Positions 47,689 through 56,820 of a stretch of DNA of 64,000 nucleotides are shown here, in pieces. The notes below the pieces were generated by a model, which saw only the letters and a list, made by a program, of their open reading frames with translations, searched no databases and was not told where the DNA came from. Source of the stretch: an uncultured Lachnospiraceae bacterium (GTDB lineage: Bacteria; Bacillota; Clostridia; Oscillospirales; CAG-272); assembly GCA_964490165.1 (NCBI GenBank), contig CAZBAR010000001.1, positions 156,213 to 220,212 of the forward strand. Direction: 5' to 3'. A program made the position numbers and the translations under genes. How positions within the stretch are numbered: the first letter of the stretch is position 1; each line of letters opens with the position of its first letter.

Positions 47689-47805
47689 ATAAATGTCACC
47701 TCAAATCTGTATTAAGTTTACCACAAGATTTATATTGAGAAAAGACGCTTTTGACAATGTTCATAAAAAGTATACATTTCATCGACACAAAAAGCAAAGC
47801 AATTG

Positions 47806-47834
47806 TTGCAATATACATATTAAGGTGGTATAAT
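47806..47834 (+). promoter_or_regulatory. Sigma-A-type promoter
   Basis: TTGCAA, a 17-nt spacer, then TATAAT, about 105 nt upstream of the ATG at 47942. Confidence 0.5.
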
Positions 47835-47941
47835 AGTCACACGCGTATGCACTTTTACGGAAATTATGTACGTGCGTGCTGTTAAATTTTAAGAATGTTT
47901 GAATTGTTCAAACCAGGCTAACCCAGGGAAAGGAAATTTTA

Positions 47942-49468
47942 ATGAAAAGATCACTGGCACTGTTTTTGGCGGTAATTATTCTGATGTGCTCAGCGCTCTC
48001 TGCTTGTAAGAGCAGCGAAGAAAAGCCCGCAGATGATACCACAAAAAAGGTAGAGGAAACTACCGATAAGAAAGACGACACCACAGAGGAAGAAACCACA
48101 GCGGAAGAGAAAACAACTGCTCCGGAAACTACTGCAGCAGAGACCCAGCCTGAAACTACAGCTGCTGAGACAACTTCGGCTTCCGCATCAGATCCTGCTC
48201 CTGACGGTACAGGAAGCACCTCCGGCTCTTCGAGCGGAGGATCAAGCATTATAGGCGGTTATGAGGGCGGCAGCAGCGGAGGAAGCAGCAATGTCTCCGG
48301 CGGTCAGACGAATAACAGCTCTCAGGCATGGGATATAGTGGTTCCCGTTCTGTCTGACGCGAAGGATGCATACCCTGCAACAGTTGTAACAAAAAGCGGA
48401 AAAAAGCTTGTACATACATATTCTGACAGAGCAGTCGGGTATGAGGATAACTCCACCACCTTGTCCTATATGCCTATGCTCAGTACAACTGCATATCATG
48501 ACCCCAACGCTGCGTATAATGCAGGTAAGGTTCTTTTGAAGGACATTAAGCCCGGATTTGTAAGCTATAGCGTTATTGTAGGATATGACGGCTATATGTT
48601 TTACGAGGATACAATCGATGACTTTACAGGTCAGGGCTTTTTGCATGACGAGATATACAATCGTACTGTTAATATGCTTCGTGAAAGAAACAATTGGGCA
48701 GAGAAGAACGGTAAAAAGTTTTACTTTGTAATAGCACCCAATAAAAATACAGTATATCCTGACTATATGCCTGAAGGCTATACTATGGCAAGCTATCGCC
48801 GCTATGACCAGTTTGTTTCTCTTGTAAACAGCGCGGGTCTTACTGCGGTCGATCTGAGGTCAACTATGAGTGCCGCAGTAAAGGCCGATCCCGAGCGTAA
48901 TCTTTACTACAAATATGACACTCACTGGAATAATCACGCAGGGTATCTGGCTTATCAGACTACTATGAATATGATAAAAAAAGATTTTCCCAATGTTATT
49001 ATACATGATAAGAGCGAGTATCAAATAAACTATTGTGAGAGCTATATGAAGGACCAGGCGTATTATCTTGGTTACTATGACCATTTTAAGGAATACGGCC
49101 CTGTATATACCCTGAAAAGCGGAAAAACAGCTAATCTCACTTGGTATTTGCCCAAAGAAAACGGCGGACAGTTCGCATTTGCCTATGAAGCTACATCCGG
49201 ACCTAATAAAGGATTTAACGACGGACTTTACCGTTTGCAGTATACAAACAGTAACAATACATCTTGTCCCAATCTTTATGTTATGCGTGACTCATACAGT
49301 ATAGCAATGATACCTTTCCTGAAGGACAGCTTCTATATGAGTACATATAACTGGACATTTGTGTTCAGTGAGGCTGAGATATTGGAATCAAAAGCGGATG
49401 CTATTCTTGTTATTGTAGCTGAAAGAAACCTCTCAAACTATGTAAATCACAGGGCTGTTGCTGACTGA
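47942..49468 (+). CDS. Lipoprotein with a Thr/Glu-rich linker and a DHHW/AlgX-AlgJ-like (SGNH-type) domain
   Basis: Lipobox LSAC, a low-complexity T/E/S/G region, and YYKYDTHWNNHAGYLAY (the D-x-H-W motif of DHHW/AlgJ-like O-acyltransferase partners). Confidence 0.6.
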   Translation: MKRSLALFLAVIILMCSALSACKSSEEKPADDTTKKVEETTDKKDDTTEEETTAEEKTTAPETTAAETQPETTAAETTSASASDPAPDGTGSTSGSSSGGSSIIGGYEGGSSGGSSNVSGGQTNNSSQAWDIVVPVLSDAKDAYPATVVTKSGKKLVHTYSDRAVGYEDNSTTLSYMPMLSTTAYHDPNAAYNAGKVLLKDIKPGFVSYSVIVGYDGYMFYEDTIDDFTGQGFLHDEIYNRTVNMLRERNNWAEKNGKKFYFVIAPNKNTVYPDYMPEGYTMASYRRYDQFVSLVNSAGLTAVDLRSTMSAAVKADPERNLYYKYDTHWNNHAGYLAYQTTMNMIKKDFPNVIIHDKSEYQINYCESYMKDQAYYLGYYDHFKEYGPVYTLKSGKTANLTWYLPKENGGQFAFAYEATSGPNKGFNDGLYRLQYTNSNNTSCPNLYVMRDSYSIAMIPFLKDSFYMSTYNWTFVFSEAEILESKADAILVIVAERNLSNYVNHRAVAD

Positions 49469-49491
49469 GTCTTGAAAGGATGGATCTGACA

Positions 49492-50079
49492 ATGAAAAAA
49501 GTATTATGTTTAGTTTTGGCGTTGCTTACCGTATGCGGCAGCATTATGCTGGCTTCCTGCTCAAAGGATGCAGAAACTAATTCCCCGGCTGATGATACAA
49601 AGGCAGAAGCGCCTGCCAAAAAGCTTTCTGACTTTGATATGCAGGATATTTTTAACGCAGTAAATGAGAAATTGCCCTTTGACGGCCTTGTAAGTGAGGT
49701 TTGCTATAAGGAAACCGATGCGGATGAAATGATCTTCTGGACGTACGGTCTTATCGAAGCATCATGTTATGAAAAGTTAGAGAACTATGTTATTACTCTG
49801 CCGTCAGACTACAATCAGTCATTTGCTGTGATCGTATTTGATGAAAGCATTACCGACGATGAGATACAGGAAGTAAAGGATGTTGTGTCTAAGCAATATA
49901 TCAAGGCGCGTGCTTCCTCGTTGCAGATGTATATGCCCGAAGAGTACGACATTGTATCATGGCAGCTGAATAATCCCGACGCTATTTGGAGACAGTACGA
50001 TAACACTCTTGTGCTTCTGATGTATGGAGCTGAAGAGGCAACAGAGGGCTGGGCGGCAATCGACGCTTTGCTGAAATAA
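49492..50079 (+). CDS. Hypothetical lipoprotein (possibly DUF4358-like)
   Basis: MKKVLCLVLALLTVCGS... lipobox. It lies immediately downstream of the DHHW-type gene. The family assignment is tentative. Confidence 0.55.
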   Translation: MKKVLCLVLALLTVCGSIMLASCSKDAETNSPADDTKAEAPAKKLSDFDMQDIFNAVNEKLPFDGLVSEVCYKETDADEMIFWTYGLIEASCYEKLENYVITLPSDYNQSFAVIVFDESITDDEIQEVKDVVSKQYIKARASSLQMYMPEEYDIVSWQLNNPDAIWRQYDNTLVLLMYGAEEATEGWAAIDALLK

Positions 50080-50092
50080 TGAGATCAAACAG

Positions 50093-50119
50093 AAAATCCC
50101 CGCTAAAGCGGGGATTTTT
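50093..50119 (+). terminator. Rho-independent terminator
   Basis: AAAATCCCCGC-taaa-GCGGGGATTTTT. Confidence 0.85.
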
Positions 50120-50276
50120 GCTTGCTGTATCTTATAGTTTTATCTGCACAAAAAGGAATACGAAATAGAGCTCGTATGGAAACACTTATTTCTTGGGCTT
50201 TATAAAAGTATTGCCTGAAAAATTTTTAATTGTTGCTTTTTTTGATAGCCTATGATATAATAACTATAATAGCAAT

Positions 50277-50575
50277 GACGAGAAAGAGTAAGCAACTGAA
50301 GCTTTTCAGAGAATCCCATCATCTTTTGATGCGCTGTGAATGGGTAAAGTGAATTTTGCCGAACATGGTCTCCGAGCTGCGTACCGAGCCGTTTGGTTAG
50401 GCTGCGCCGGGATCGCCCGTAACAGCGACAGAGTTTCGACAGATCATTTCCTGTCCGAACTTGATAAGGCTTGTTATCGTGAGAAACAGGCGAATTAGGG
50501 TGGTAACACGTGAGTAGACAGCAGTAGGCAGCTCTCGTCCCTTATACTTATGTATGGGGGTGAGAGCGTTTTTAT
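50277..50575 (+). promoter_or_regulatory. T-box leader, Met specifier (AUG)
   Basis: A promoter TTGCTT-17-TATAAT (50233-50261) with a TGA extended -10. Specifier context is CCGAACATGGTCTCC and the conserved T-box is AATTAGGGTGGTAACACG. The terminator is GCTCTCGTCCC...GGGGGTGAGAGC followed by TTTTT. It lies upstream of metG. Confidence 0.8.
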
Positions 50576-50636
50576 TTTGCAGATTTGTCTGCACCGCAGC
50601 TCAAGTGTTACAACTATAAGAAATGAGGTTTGAATT

Positions 50637-52220
50637 ATGGAAAATATCATTATAGGCGGAGCATGGCCATACGCAAACGGCTCGCTTCACATAGGGCATA
50701 TAGCTGCCCTTCTTCCGGGTGATGTTCTGGCCCGTTATTTCAGAGCAAAGGGAGACCGCGTGTTTTATGTGTCCGGCAGTGACTGCCACGGTACGCCGAT
50801 TACCATCAGAGCTAAACAGGAAGATCTACCTCCTGATGTGATCAGCGAGCATTATCATAAAGAATTCTGCGAAGTATTTGACAAACTCGGTTTCTCGTAT
50901 GACCTTTATACCAAAACATCGGATCCAAGGCATAAGGCATTTGTTACAGAATTTCACAAGAAGCTTTACAACGGTGACTATATTGAAGAAAGAACGGTAA
51001 AGCAGGCTTTCTGTCCTTCGTGTAATAAGGTGCTTACAGACAGGCTGGTGATAGGTGTTTGTCCTGCGTGCGGTTCCGCAACCCGCGGAGATCAGTGTGA
51101 CATATGCGGGGAAGTATTAGAAGTGGATACCATTATTGATTCTAAGTGCGCTGATTGCGGCACGCCCCTGTCTTTCAGGGAAACGACACAGTTGTTTTTG
51201 CAAATAACTAAGCTTAAAAGTGAACTGACGGAGTTTCTCAATACTCATCCGTATTGGCGGAAAAATGCTGTTGCATTTACAAAACGGTATATCGATGAAG
51301 GACTGCGTGACCGTGCGATAACGCGTGATCTTGATTGGGGAATTGATGTTCCAAAGCCCGGCTATGAGGACAAGAAAATCTATATCTGGGCAGAAAATGT
51401 TCTCGGATATTTGTCGGCTGTTTCTGTTCTTTGCGATGAAAGAGGTATTGATTTCAAAGAAGTGTATGGAGATAACAGTCACCATTACTATATACACGGC
51501 AAGGATAATATACCTTTCCATACGATAATTTTACCTTCGCTATTGTTAGCTCAGGGTGAAGGCCTTCATTTGCCTGACAATATTATCTCAAGCGAATATA
51601 TAACTCTTGAAGGACGGAAGATATCGACCAGTCAGGATTGGGCTGTATGGGCTAAGGATCTTGTAGCGGAATACGATCCGGATTCCATCAGATATTTCTT
51701 TATCGCAAACGGACCGGAAAAACGGGATACAGATTTCTCTTGGAGAGAATTCAAAAAGCAGACCAACTCAGAGCTTGTAGGAGCGTGGGGGAATTTTGTA
51801 AACCGTACGCTTGCTTTTTCTGTTAAGTATCTCGATTGCCGAATTCCGTCTGTCACTGTTGACAGTGAGATTGAGGAGCGGGTACAGCTGTTGTTCAAAT
51901 CAGTCGGAACAAAAATAGAAAAGGGAGCATTTCGTGAGGCTCTTGAAGAAATATTTGAAACAGTTCGCTTCGGAAACACATATTATGATGCGAAACAGCC
52001 GTGGAAAGCAAGATCTGACGATCCTGAAGAATGTGGAAACACAATTGGTAACTGTGCGTACCTGATTGCTAATATCTCACTCCTCTTATATCCGTTTTTA
52101 CCTTTTTCCTCATCAAAGATATCGGAATGGCTCGGCATTAAGCTCAAATGGGAAGCGCAGAATATCGGCGTAAAAGCTATTCCTGAGGATATATCTATAC
52201 TCTTTTCTAAAATTGATTGA
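50637..52220 (+). CDS. metG: Methionine--tRNA ligase (short form)
   Basis: ...PYANGSLHIGH... (HIGH), Zn knuckles CPSC...CPAC...CDIC...CADC, and ...KISTSQ (KMSKS-like). Confidence 0.95.
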   Translation: MENIIIGGAWPYANGSLHIGHIAALLPGDVLARYFRAKGDRVFYVSGSDCHGTPITIRAKQEDLPPDVISEHYHKEFCEVFDKLGFSYDLYTKTSDPRHKAFVTEFHKKLYNGDYIEERTVKQAFCPSCNKVLTDRLVIGVCPACGSATRGDQCDICGEVLEVDTIIDSKCADCGTPLSFRETTQLFLQITKLKSELTEFLNTHPYWRKNAVAFTKRYIDEGLRDRAITRDLDWGIDVPKPGYEDKKIYIWAENVLGYLSAVSVLCDERGIDFKEVYGDNSHHYYIHGKDNIPFHTIILPSLLLAQGEGLHLPDNIISSEYITLEGRKISTSQDWAVWAKDLVAEYDPDSIRYFFIANGPEKRDTDFSWREFKKQTNSELVGAWGNFVNRTLAFSVKYLDCRIPSVTVDSEIEERVQLLFKSVGTKIEKGAFREALEEIFETVRFGNTYYDAKQPWKARSDDPEECGNTIGNCAYLIANISLLLYPFLPFSSSKISEWLGIKLKWEAQNIGVKAIPEDISILFSKID

Positions 52221-52264
52221 TCTTCACAGATGCAGCGAGCGTTGGGGCATGTTGCAAAAATCCA

Positions 52265-52294
52265 AAGTCCGCACCCCTTTCAGGGTGCGGACTT
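52265..52294. terminator. Bidirectional terminator
   Basis: AAGTCCGCACCC-ctttca-GGGTGCGGACTT between convergent genes. Confidence 0.75.
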
Positions 52295-52332
52295 CATTTA
52301 TATATTTACTTACAGAGAGTGACTCAGTAGAG

Positions 52333-53496
52333 CTATTTGTTCAGCTCTTTAGAGTTGATGGTCGTTATATCCTCACGCACATTAGCTTGATCGGCTATCC
52401 AGTCTTTAGCATATGAGAAGCGGATGTCTTCGCGAACACTCTCTATGCCGTAATAATAATCGAGAAATTCTTCTGCGTCTCCGACATCGGTAATCTGATA
52501 ATCTTTTACCTTTTCCAAAAGTGCGTCGTCATAATAGTTGTCGTCATAGTTCAGATTTTCGCATCTTATAATGTAATATATCAGCATATCCTCATAGCAG
52601 CAATCCTCGGCAAACTCTTTAAGAAAATCATAATATTCATCAAGATCCTCATAACCAATACTCTGCACATATTCAAGCAGGGTCATTTCTTCTTCCTGTG
52701 CTTCGGATCTTGTTTTATTTAAGGCTGCATTGTAAAATTCTTCGTATTCTTTTTCGGGAACCTTTTTCAGCTTTGAATTCTCGTATATATATCTCCACGC
52801 AAGGTCGGACTTGTAGTTTTCGATCATACCGTTTTTGTCGGTCGTTATCTTGCTTTCGGCAACCAGACGGAAATTCTCTTTTGTGTATTCGCAAAAGCTT
52901 AAGTATTTTTCGTCGGTCGCGTCTTCATAGTTTATTTCGTCGATATAGTTAAGATAAATTTCAATTTCGATCTCGCGTCCGGAGTTCATATAGTCTTTGT
53001 AGAAAGGGTCAGGCAGGTTAAGCGTAACGGTTTTTGTTTCGCCGACGGACATCCCCTCAACTACCTCGTCCAGAGCGGGAAAGCCGAAGTAATTCGCTCC
53101 GAGAGTAAAGGATTGACCGTAGCCGATGTCATTTTCAGTAAAATAAAAATATCCGTAGGGTTTTCCCGTGTCTGTAAATTTGCAGGTGGTGATAATATCT
53201 ACGATATCGCCGCGGCGGCACGGACGGTCGGGATTATGAGTAAAGGAACACATGAGCGATTCCATATACATTACATAATTGTCAACATCCTCTTTTGTAG
53301 GCGTAAAGGTCAGATCAGGCAGTTCAATGCCTGTATAATCGCAGACCTCTACGTAATCGGGCAGGTAGTAATCGTATCTCTCACCTGTAGAATCGTACGC
53401 AGAGTATTTTGTGTCTGTTGAGGAGCAGCCGGATGCACTTGCCAGCAGCATAGACAGCGCCAGAATTCCCGTGACGGCTTTTGCAAATCTTTTCAT
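52333..53496 (-). CDS. Lipoprotein with a trigger-factor/PPIase-like central segment
   Basis: MKRFAKAVTGILALSMLLASASGCSS lipobox. The segment ...VGETKTVTLNLPDPFYKDYMNSGREIEIEIYLNYI resembles the FKBP-like module of trigger factor. The assignment is tentative. Confidence 0.6.
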   Translation of the reverse strand: MKRFAKAVTGILALSMLLASASGCSSTDTKYSAYDSTGERYDYYLPDYVEVCDYTGIELPDLTFTPTKEDVDNYVMYMESLMCSFTHNPDRPCRRGDIVDIITTCKFTDTGKPYGYFYFTENDIGYGQSFTLGANYFGFPALDEVVEGMSVGETKTVTLNLPDPFYKDYMNSGREIEIEIYLNYIDEINYEDATDEKYLSFCEYTKENFRLVAESKITTDKNGMIENYKSDLAWRYIYENSKLKKVPEKEYEEFYNAALNKTRSEAQEEEMTLLEYVQSIGYEDLDEYYDFLKEFAEDCCYEDMLIYYIIRCENLNYDDNYYDDALLEKVKDYQITDVGDAEEFLDYYYGIESVREDIRFSYAKDWIADQANVREDITTINSKELNK

Positions 53497-53497
53497 A

Positions 53498-54241
53498 TCA
53501 GTTTTCCTTTTCTTTAATCTTAGTTTGGCTTTTCGGCACAAGCGCGCCGGTTATTTTTTTATAGATCATTACGGAAAGCAGGGTAAGTACGATCGGAAGA
53601 ATGCCATATACCGCGGTGTAGTAAATATAATCTCCGATCATAACACGGATATCAGAGGCGATAACCGTGTTATTCAATATAAAGGGCAGAACGGCAGAAA
53701 AAGTAAGATCTGCCAGACGAATTATCATCATAAGCACGCCTACCAATACAGACGGCGCGACAAGTGTGATGTTTTTGCCTTTCTTTGTACAGCGGTTCAG
53801 GTATACCGCGCAAATTATCCACGCAGCCGCAAGGGTCGCGGCAAAATAAGCAACGTCGATCAGCAGAGTAAGCGCTACAGCCAATATTCTGGCAAGACTC
53901 ATTTCATTGCTGATGACCGCATATGTAAAAGACACGGCAACGCCGACAAAATAGCACAAAATTGCCGTAAGTGATATTCGGCGGGCGGTCTTTCTGCCGA
54001 AGTATGTAAGTGCATAAAAAACGGACGCTATGGAAAAAGCAACGGCGGCTGCCGAGAAAAAGATGCCGAGATAATTTGCGCCGCTCGGTAAAAACCTTAC
54101 TGCGGCAGAGCCTGATCCGGAGATCATAATATCTGATGACAGCAGCCCGCCGATAATTGAAAATATATTTGAAAGCAGAACAGCAGACAAAACCGATATC
54201 AGTGAGGAAAGCTTGAATTTTTTAGTTATAGTTTTAGCCAT
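53498..54241 (-). CDS. Polytopic membrane protein (about 7 TM), unknown function
   Basis: A hydrophobic 247-aa ORF whose stop abuts the start of the downstream lipoprotein gene. Confidence 0.6.
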   Translation of the reverse strand: MAKTITKKFKLSSLISVLSAVLLSNIFSIIGGLLSSDIMISGSGSAAVRFLPSGANYLGIFFSAAAVAFSIASVFYALTYFGRKTARRISLTAILCYFVGVAVSFTYAVISNEMSLARILAVALTLLIDVAYFAATLAAAWIICAVYLNRCTKKGKNITLVAPSVLVGVLMMIIRLADLTFSAVLPFILNNTVIASDIRVMIGDYIYYTAVYGILPIVLTLLSVMIYKKITGALVPKSQTKIKEKEN

Positions 54242-54394
54242 TTATATGATATCCCGTTTCTTTATTTTAACATATGTTATTCTATCACAGTTTAAGCGCT
54301 AATACAAGTCAGTTGTTTGTAAATATTTCTGCAAGTCAACATATATTCCTGTAATTGATAATATATTTTCAAAAAACGGGAAAGGATCAGAGGT

Positions 54395-55342
54395 ATGTCA
54401 CAGCAATTCAGAAGACAAATAGATGCAAGCCGTCCGCTTTTGGATTTTTCTCTTCCGTGTGATTACAGCACTATGGAAGAATTTATCGAAATAATGTCAG
54501 CAAGATATGATTTTATGTCAGTTACGAGTATCGGAGAGACAATTCTCGGACGGCGGATATATATGATCACACTGGGTGAGGGAAGCGCGGAAAAGGGCGC
54601 GCTGTACGTCGGCGCGCACCACGGTATGGAATGGATAACTACTCTTGTTCTGCTTAGATTTATAAACGAATATTGCGAGTATTATAAATCGGGAAAGCAG
54701 GTGTTCGGCATAAGTGTTCAAAGCCTGTTTGCAAAAAGGGAGATAAATATAATTCCAATGCTCAATGCCGACGGAGTAGATATGCAGATAAACGGCGTAG
54801 AAAAGGATAATCCTTTATATGAGCGGATAATGAAAATGAGCGGGGGAGATCTTTCGCATTGGCAGGCAAACGCAAGGGGAGTTGATCTGAACCATAACTA
54901 CGATGCGGGATTTTACGAGTATAAAAAGCTGGAGGCAGAGGCGGGAATCCTTCCGGGTGCTACAAGATATTCGGGAGAGTGCCCTGAGTCCGAGCCTGAA
55001 ACAGGAGCGCTGTGTAATTTTATACGGTTCAGTGATAAGGTCAATATGATACTTACGCTTCATTCTCAGGGGGAGGAAATATATTATACCTCAGGTGGCG
55101 CTGTGCCGAAGGGGGCAGGGCAGATCGCTGCAAGACTTGCGGATATGTCAGGCTATAAAGTCTCTGTTCCAGAGGGGCTGGCGTCATACGGTGGGCTTAC
55201 AGACTGGTTTATCAGAGAATTTGACAGACCGTCATTTACCGTGGAATGCGGCAAGGGCGAAAATCCTATCCGTGAAAATAAGTATTTTCCTATCTATGCG
55301 GCTATTCGCGAAATGCTGTTCTGCGCACCGCTTTTGATATAG
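54395..55342 (+). CDS. M14-family zinc carboxypeptidase / gamma-D-glutamyl-diamino-acid peptidase-like
   Basis: ...YVGAHHGMEWIT... (HxxE Zn ligands), ...GVDLNHNY... and ...LTLHSQGEEIYY.... Confidence 0.8.
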   Translation: MSQQFRRQIDASRPLLDFSLPCDYSTMEEFIEIMSARYDFMSVTSIGETILGRRIYMITLGEGSAEKGALYVGAHHGMEWITTLVLLRFINEYCEYYKSGKQVFGISVQSLFAKREINIIPMLNADGVDMQINGVEKDNPLYERIMKMSGGDLSHWQANARGVDLNHNYDAGFYEYKKLEAEAGILPGATRYSGECPESEPETGALCNFIRFSDKVNMILTLHSQGEEIYYTSGGAVPKGAGQIAARLADMSGYKVSVPEGLASYGGLTDWFIREFDRPSFTVECGKGENPIRENKYFPIYAAIREMLFCAPLLI

Positions 55343-55359
55343 AATCAGATATTTATTAT

Positions 55360-55646
55360 AGTCAGGACCTCCGGCTTAGCCGGAGATCCTGAGGTTGTCG
55401 AAAAAGTCCTCAGAAATAGCAAAATGCACAAAAGGGATTTCGCTCTCTGAGGAGAGCGACCAGAGGTTCCCTCTGGACTCCGGTGCGGCTTAGGCTTTTC
55501 GCCCTCTGCGGAGGGCGATTTAGGGCGTTGCCCTAAAAACCCACAAGCTTTTGAAAAAGCTTGACCAAAACTTTTAGTCATTTTGCTACAGACATTTAGT
55601 TTTTCGACAGTCTGAGGACCTCCGGCTAAGCTGGAGGTCCTGACTT
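55360..55646. repeat. MITE-like / REP-like structured element: roughly 46-bp terminal inverted repeats enclosing five consecutive short GC-rich hairpins
   Basis: The left end AGTCAGGACCTCCGGCTTAGCCGGAGATCCTGAGGTTGTCGAAAAA (55360-55405) is approximately the reverse complement of the right end TTTTTCGACAGTCTGAGGACCTCCGGCTAAGCTGGAGGTCCTGACT (55601-55646). Internal hairpins lie at 55441-58, 55460-76, 55499-518, 55521-35 and 55544-63. Confidence 0.6.
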
Positions 55647-55766
55647 TTATGTGTATATATGATACAATTTGGAGTGTGATGTTTTCAGTACCCGGATGGG
55701 GTAATTTTGTTCTATCGCTTCGTGTATAATAGATCCGAAAAAACGACAATCCGGAGAAATTATAAA

Positions 55767-56654
55767 ATGAACGAATCACTGAATGAAAAGGAATTATTTA
55801 CAAACATAAATGATGCCTTGATTCAAATATATGCAGATTTAGCCTATATTTATTGTAGTAATGAAGAAGCATCTGAAATCGGGACGGGATTTTCTGATCT
55901 TGACCGAATGATCGGAGGTATGAAGAAGTATGATCTTATCGTGATCGGAGGACGCCCCGGTATGGGAAAAACTGTATTCGCACTGAATATTGCATTATCT
56001 GCTGCAAAGAAATATAAAAAGAAAGTTTGTATATTCTCTTTGGAAATTGCTGCAAAACATATTGTTTCCCGTATGCTTACACGCGAGGCTATGGTTGACA
56101 GCTATTCGTTACGCAATGGTGATCTAAGAGACGACGACTGGGCGCGAATGGCATACGCGTCAGGCGAACTTGCAGACTGCGATATATTGATCGACGATAC
56201 CCCCAATATTTCCGTAAATGAAATGAGAACAAAGCTCAGAAAGATAAGAAATCCTGGACTTATAGTTATCGACTATTTACAGCTGATATCCGGTGGCGAA
56301 AAATTCAGAAAAAATAGAAATAAAGAGATCAGAGACATCGCTTACAGGCTCAAACTTCTGGCGCAAGAATTTCATGTACCCGTTATATGCTGCACACAGT
56401 TACCGCGAATAATAGAACACCGAGAGAATAATCGACCGAGGCTGTCGGATCTGCGCTTCATGGGAAACATAGACCGATATGCCGATACGGTCATGCTTCT
56501 ATACCGTGATAACTACTATCATTATGATTATGATAATGTGAAAGATACAGCAGAGATCATAGTAGCAAAAAACAGTCACGGAGATACCGGAACGGTTGAA
56601 ATTGGCTGGGACGGACAACATCTCAGATTTTATGACAAGATCGACACCGAATGA
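55767..56654 (+). CDS. DnaB-like helicase, C-terminal RecA-type domain only (295 aa)
   Basis: GTGFSDLDRMIGGMKKYDLIVIGGRPGMGKT (linker plus Walker A), LIVIDYLQLI (Walker B) and ...VPVICCTQLPR.... It lacks the roughly 150-aa N-terminal DnaB domain. It has its own TGTATAAT -10 and GGAG SD. Confidence 0.8.
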   Translation: MNESLNEKELFTNINDALIQIYADLAYIYCSNEEASEIGTGFSDLDRMIGGMKKYDLIVIGGRPGMGKTVFALNIALSAAKKYKKKVCIFSLEIAAKHIVSRMLTREAMVDSYSLRNGDLRDDDWARMAYASGELADCDILIDDTPNISVNEMRTKLRKIRNPGLIVIDYLQLISGGEKFRKNRNKEIRDIAYRLKLLAQEFHVPVICCTQLPRIIEHRENNRPRLSDLRFMGNIDRYADTVMLLYRDNYYHYDYDNVKDTAEIIVAKNSHGDTGTVEIGWDGQHLRFYDKIDTE

Positions 56655-56680
56655 GCCGTGGGACAAAAAAATCCCACGGC
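56655..56680 (+). terminator. Hairpin terminator after the dnaB-like gene
   Basis: GCCGTGGGA-caaaaaaa-TCCCACGGC. Confidence 0.55.
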
Positions 56681-56683
56681 GTA

Positions 56684-56712
56684 TTGTATTATATTAACAG
56701 ATATGATACAAT
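56684..56712 (+). promoter_or_regulatory. Sigma-A-type promoter for the WYL regulator gene
   Basis: TTGTAT, a 17-nt spacer, then TACAAT with an upstream TG. It is followed by an approximately 108-nt leader. Confidence 0.5.
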
Positions 56713-56820
56713 TACTATAGGTGCACGGCGTGAAGCATATGTGGCTCTGTAAAACAATTATAGCTTTTTCATGCCTCGTTTGCACCTTCCGGCTCAAATG
56801 CGAAGAAAGGGTTAGAAGCT

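Noticed and set aside
47908-48249. 113-aa minus-strand ORF rich in V/S/A.
   Set aside because: It is antisense to the Thr/Glu/Ser/Gly low-complexity linker of the DHHW lipoprotein, so it is a compositional artefact.
55345-55779. 144-aa minus-strand ORF (…FSKACGFLGQRPKSPSAEGEKPKPHRSPEGTSGRSPQRAKS…).
   Set aside because: It is read straight through the multi-hairpin MITE-like element. Its odd P/S/G/R-rich sequence is what translation of successive GC-rich palindromes produces.
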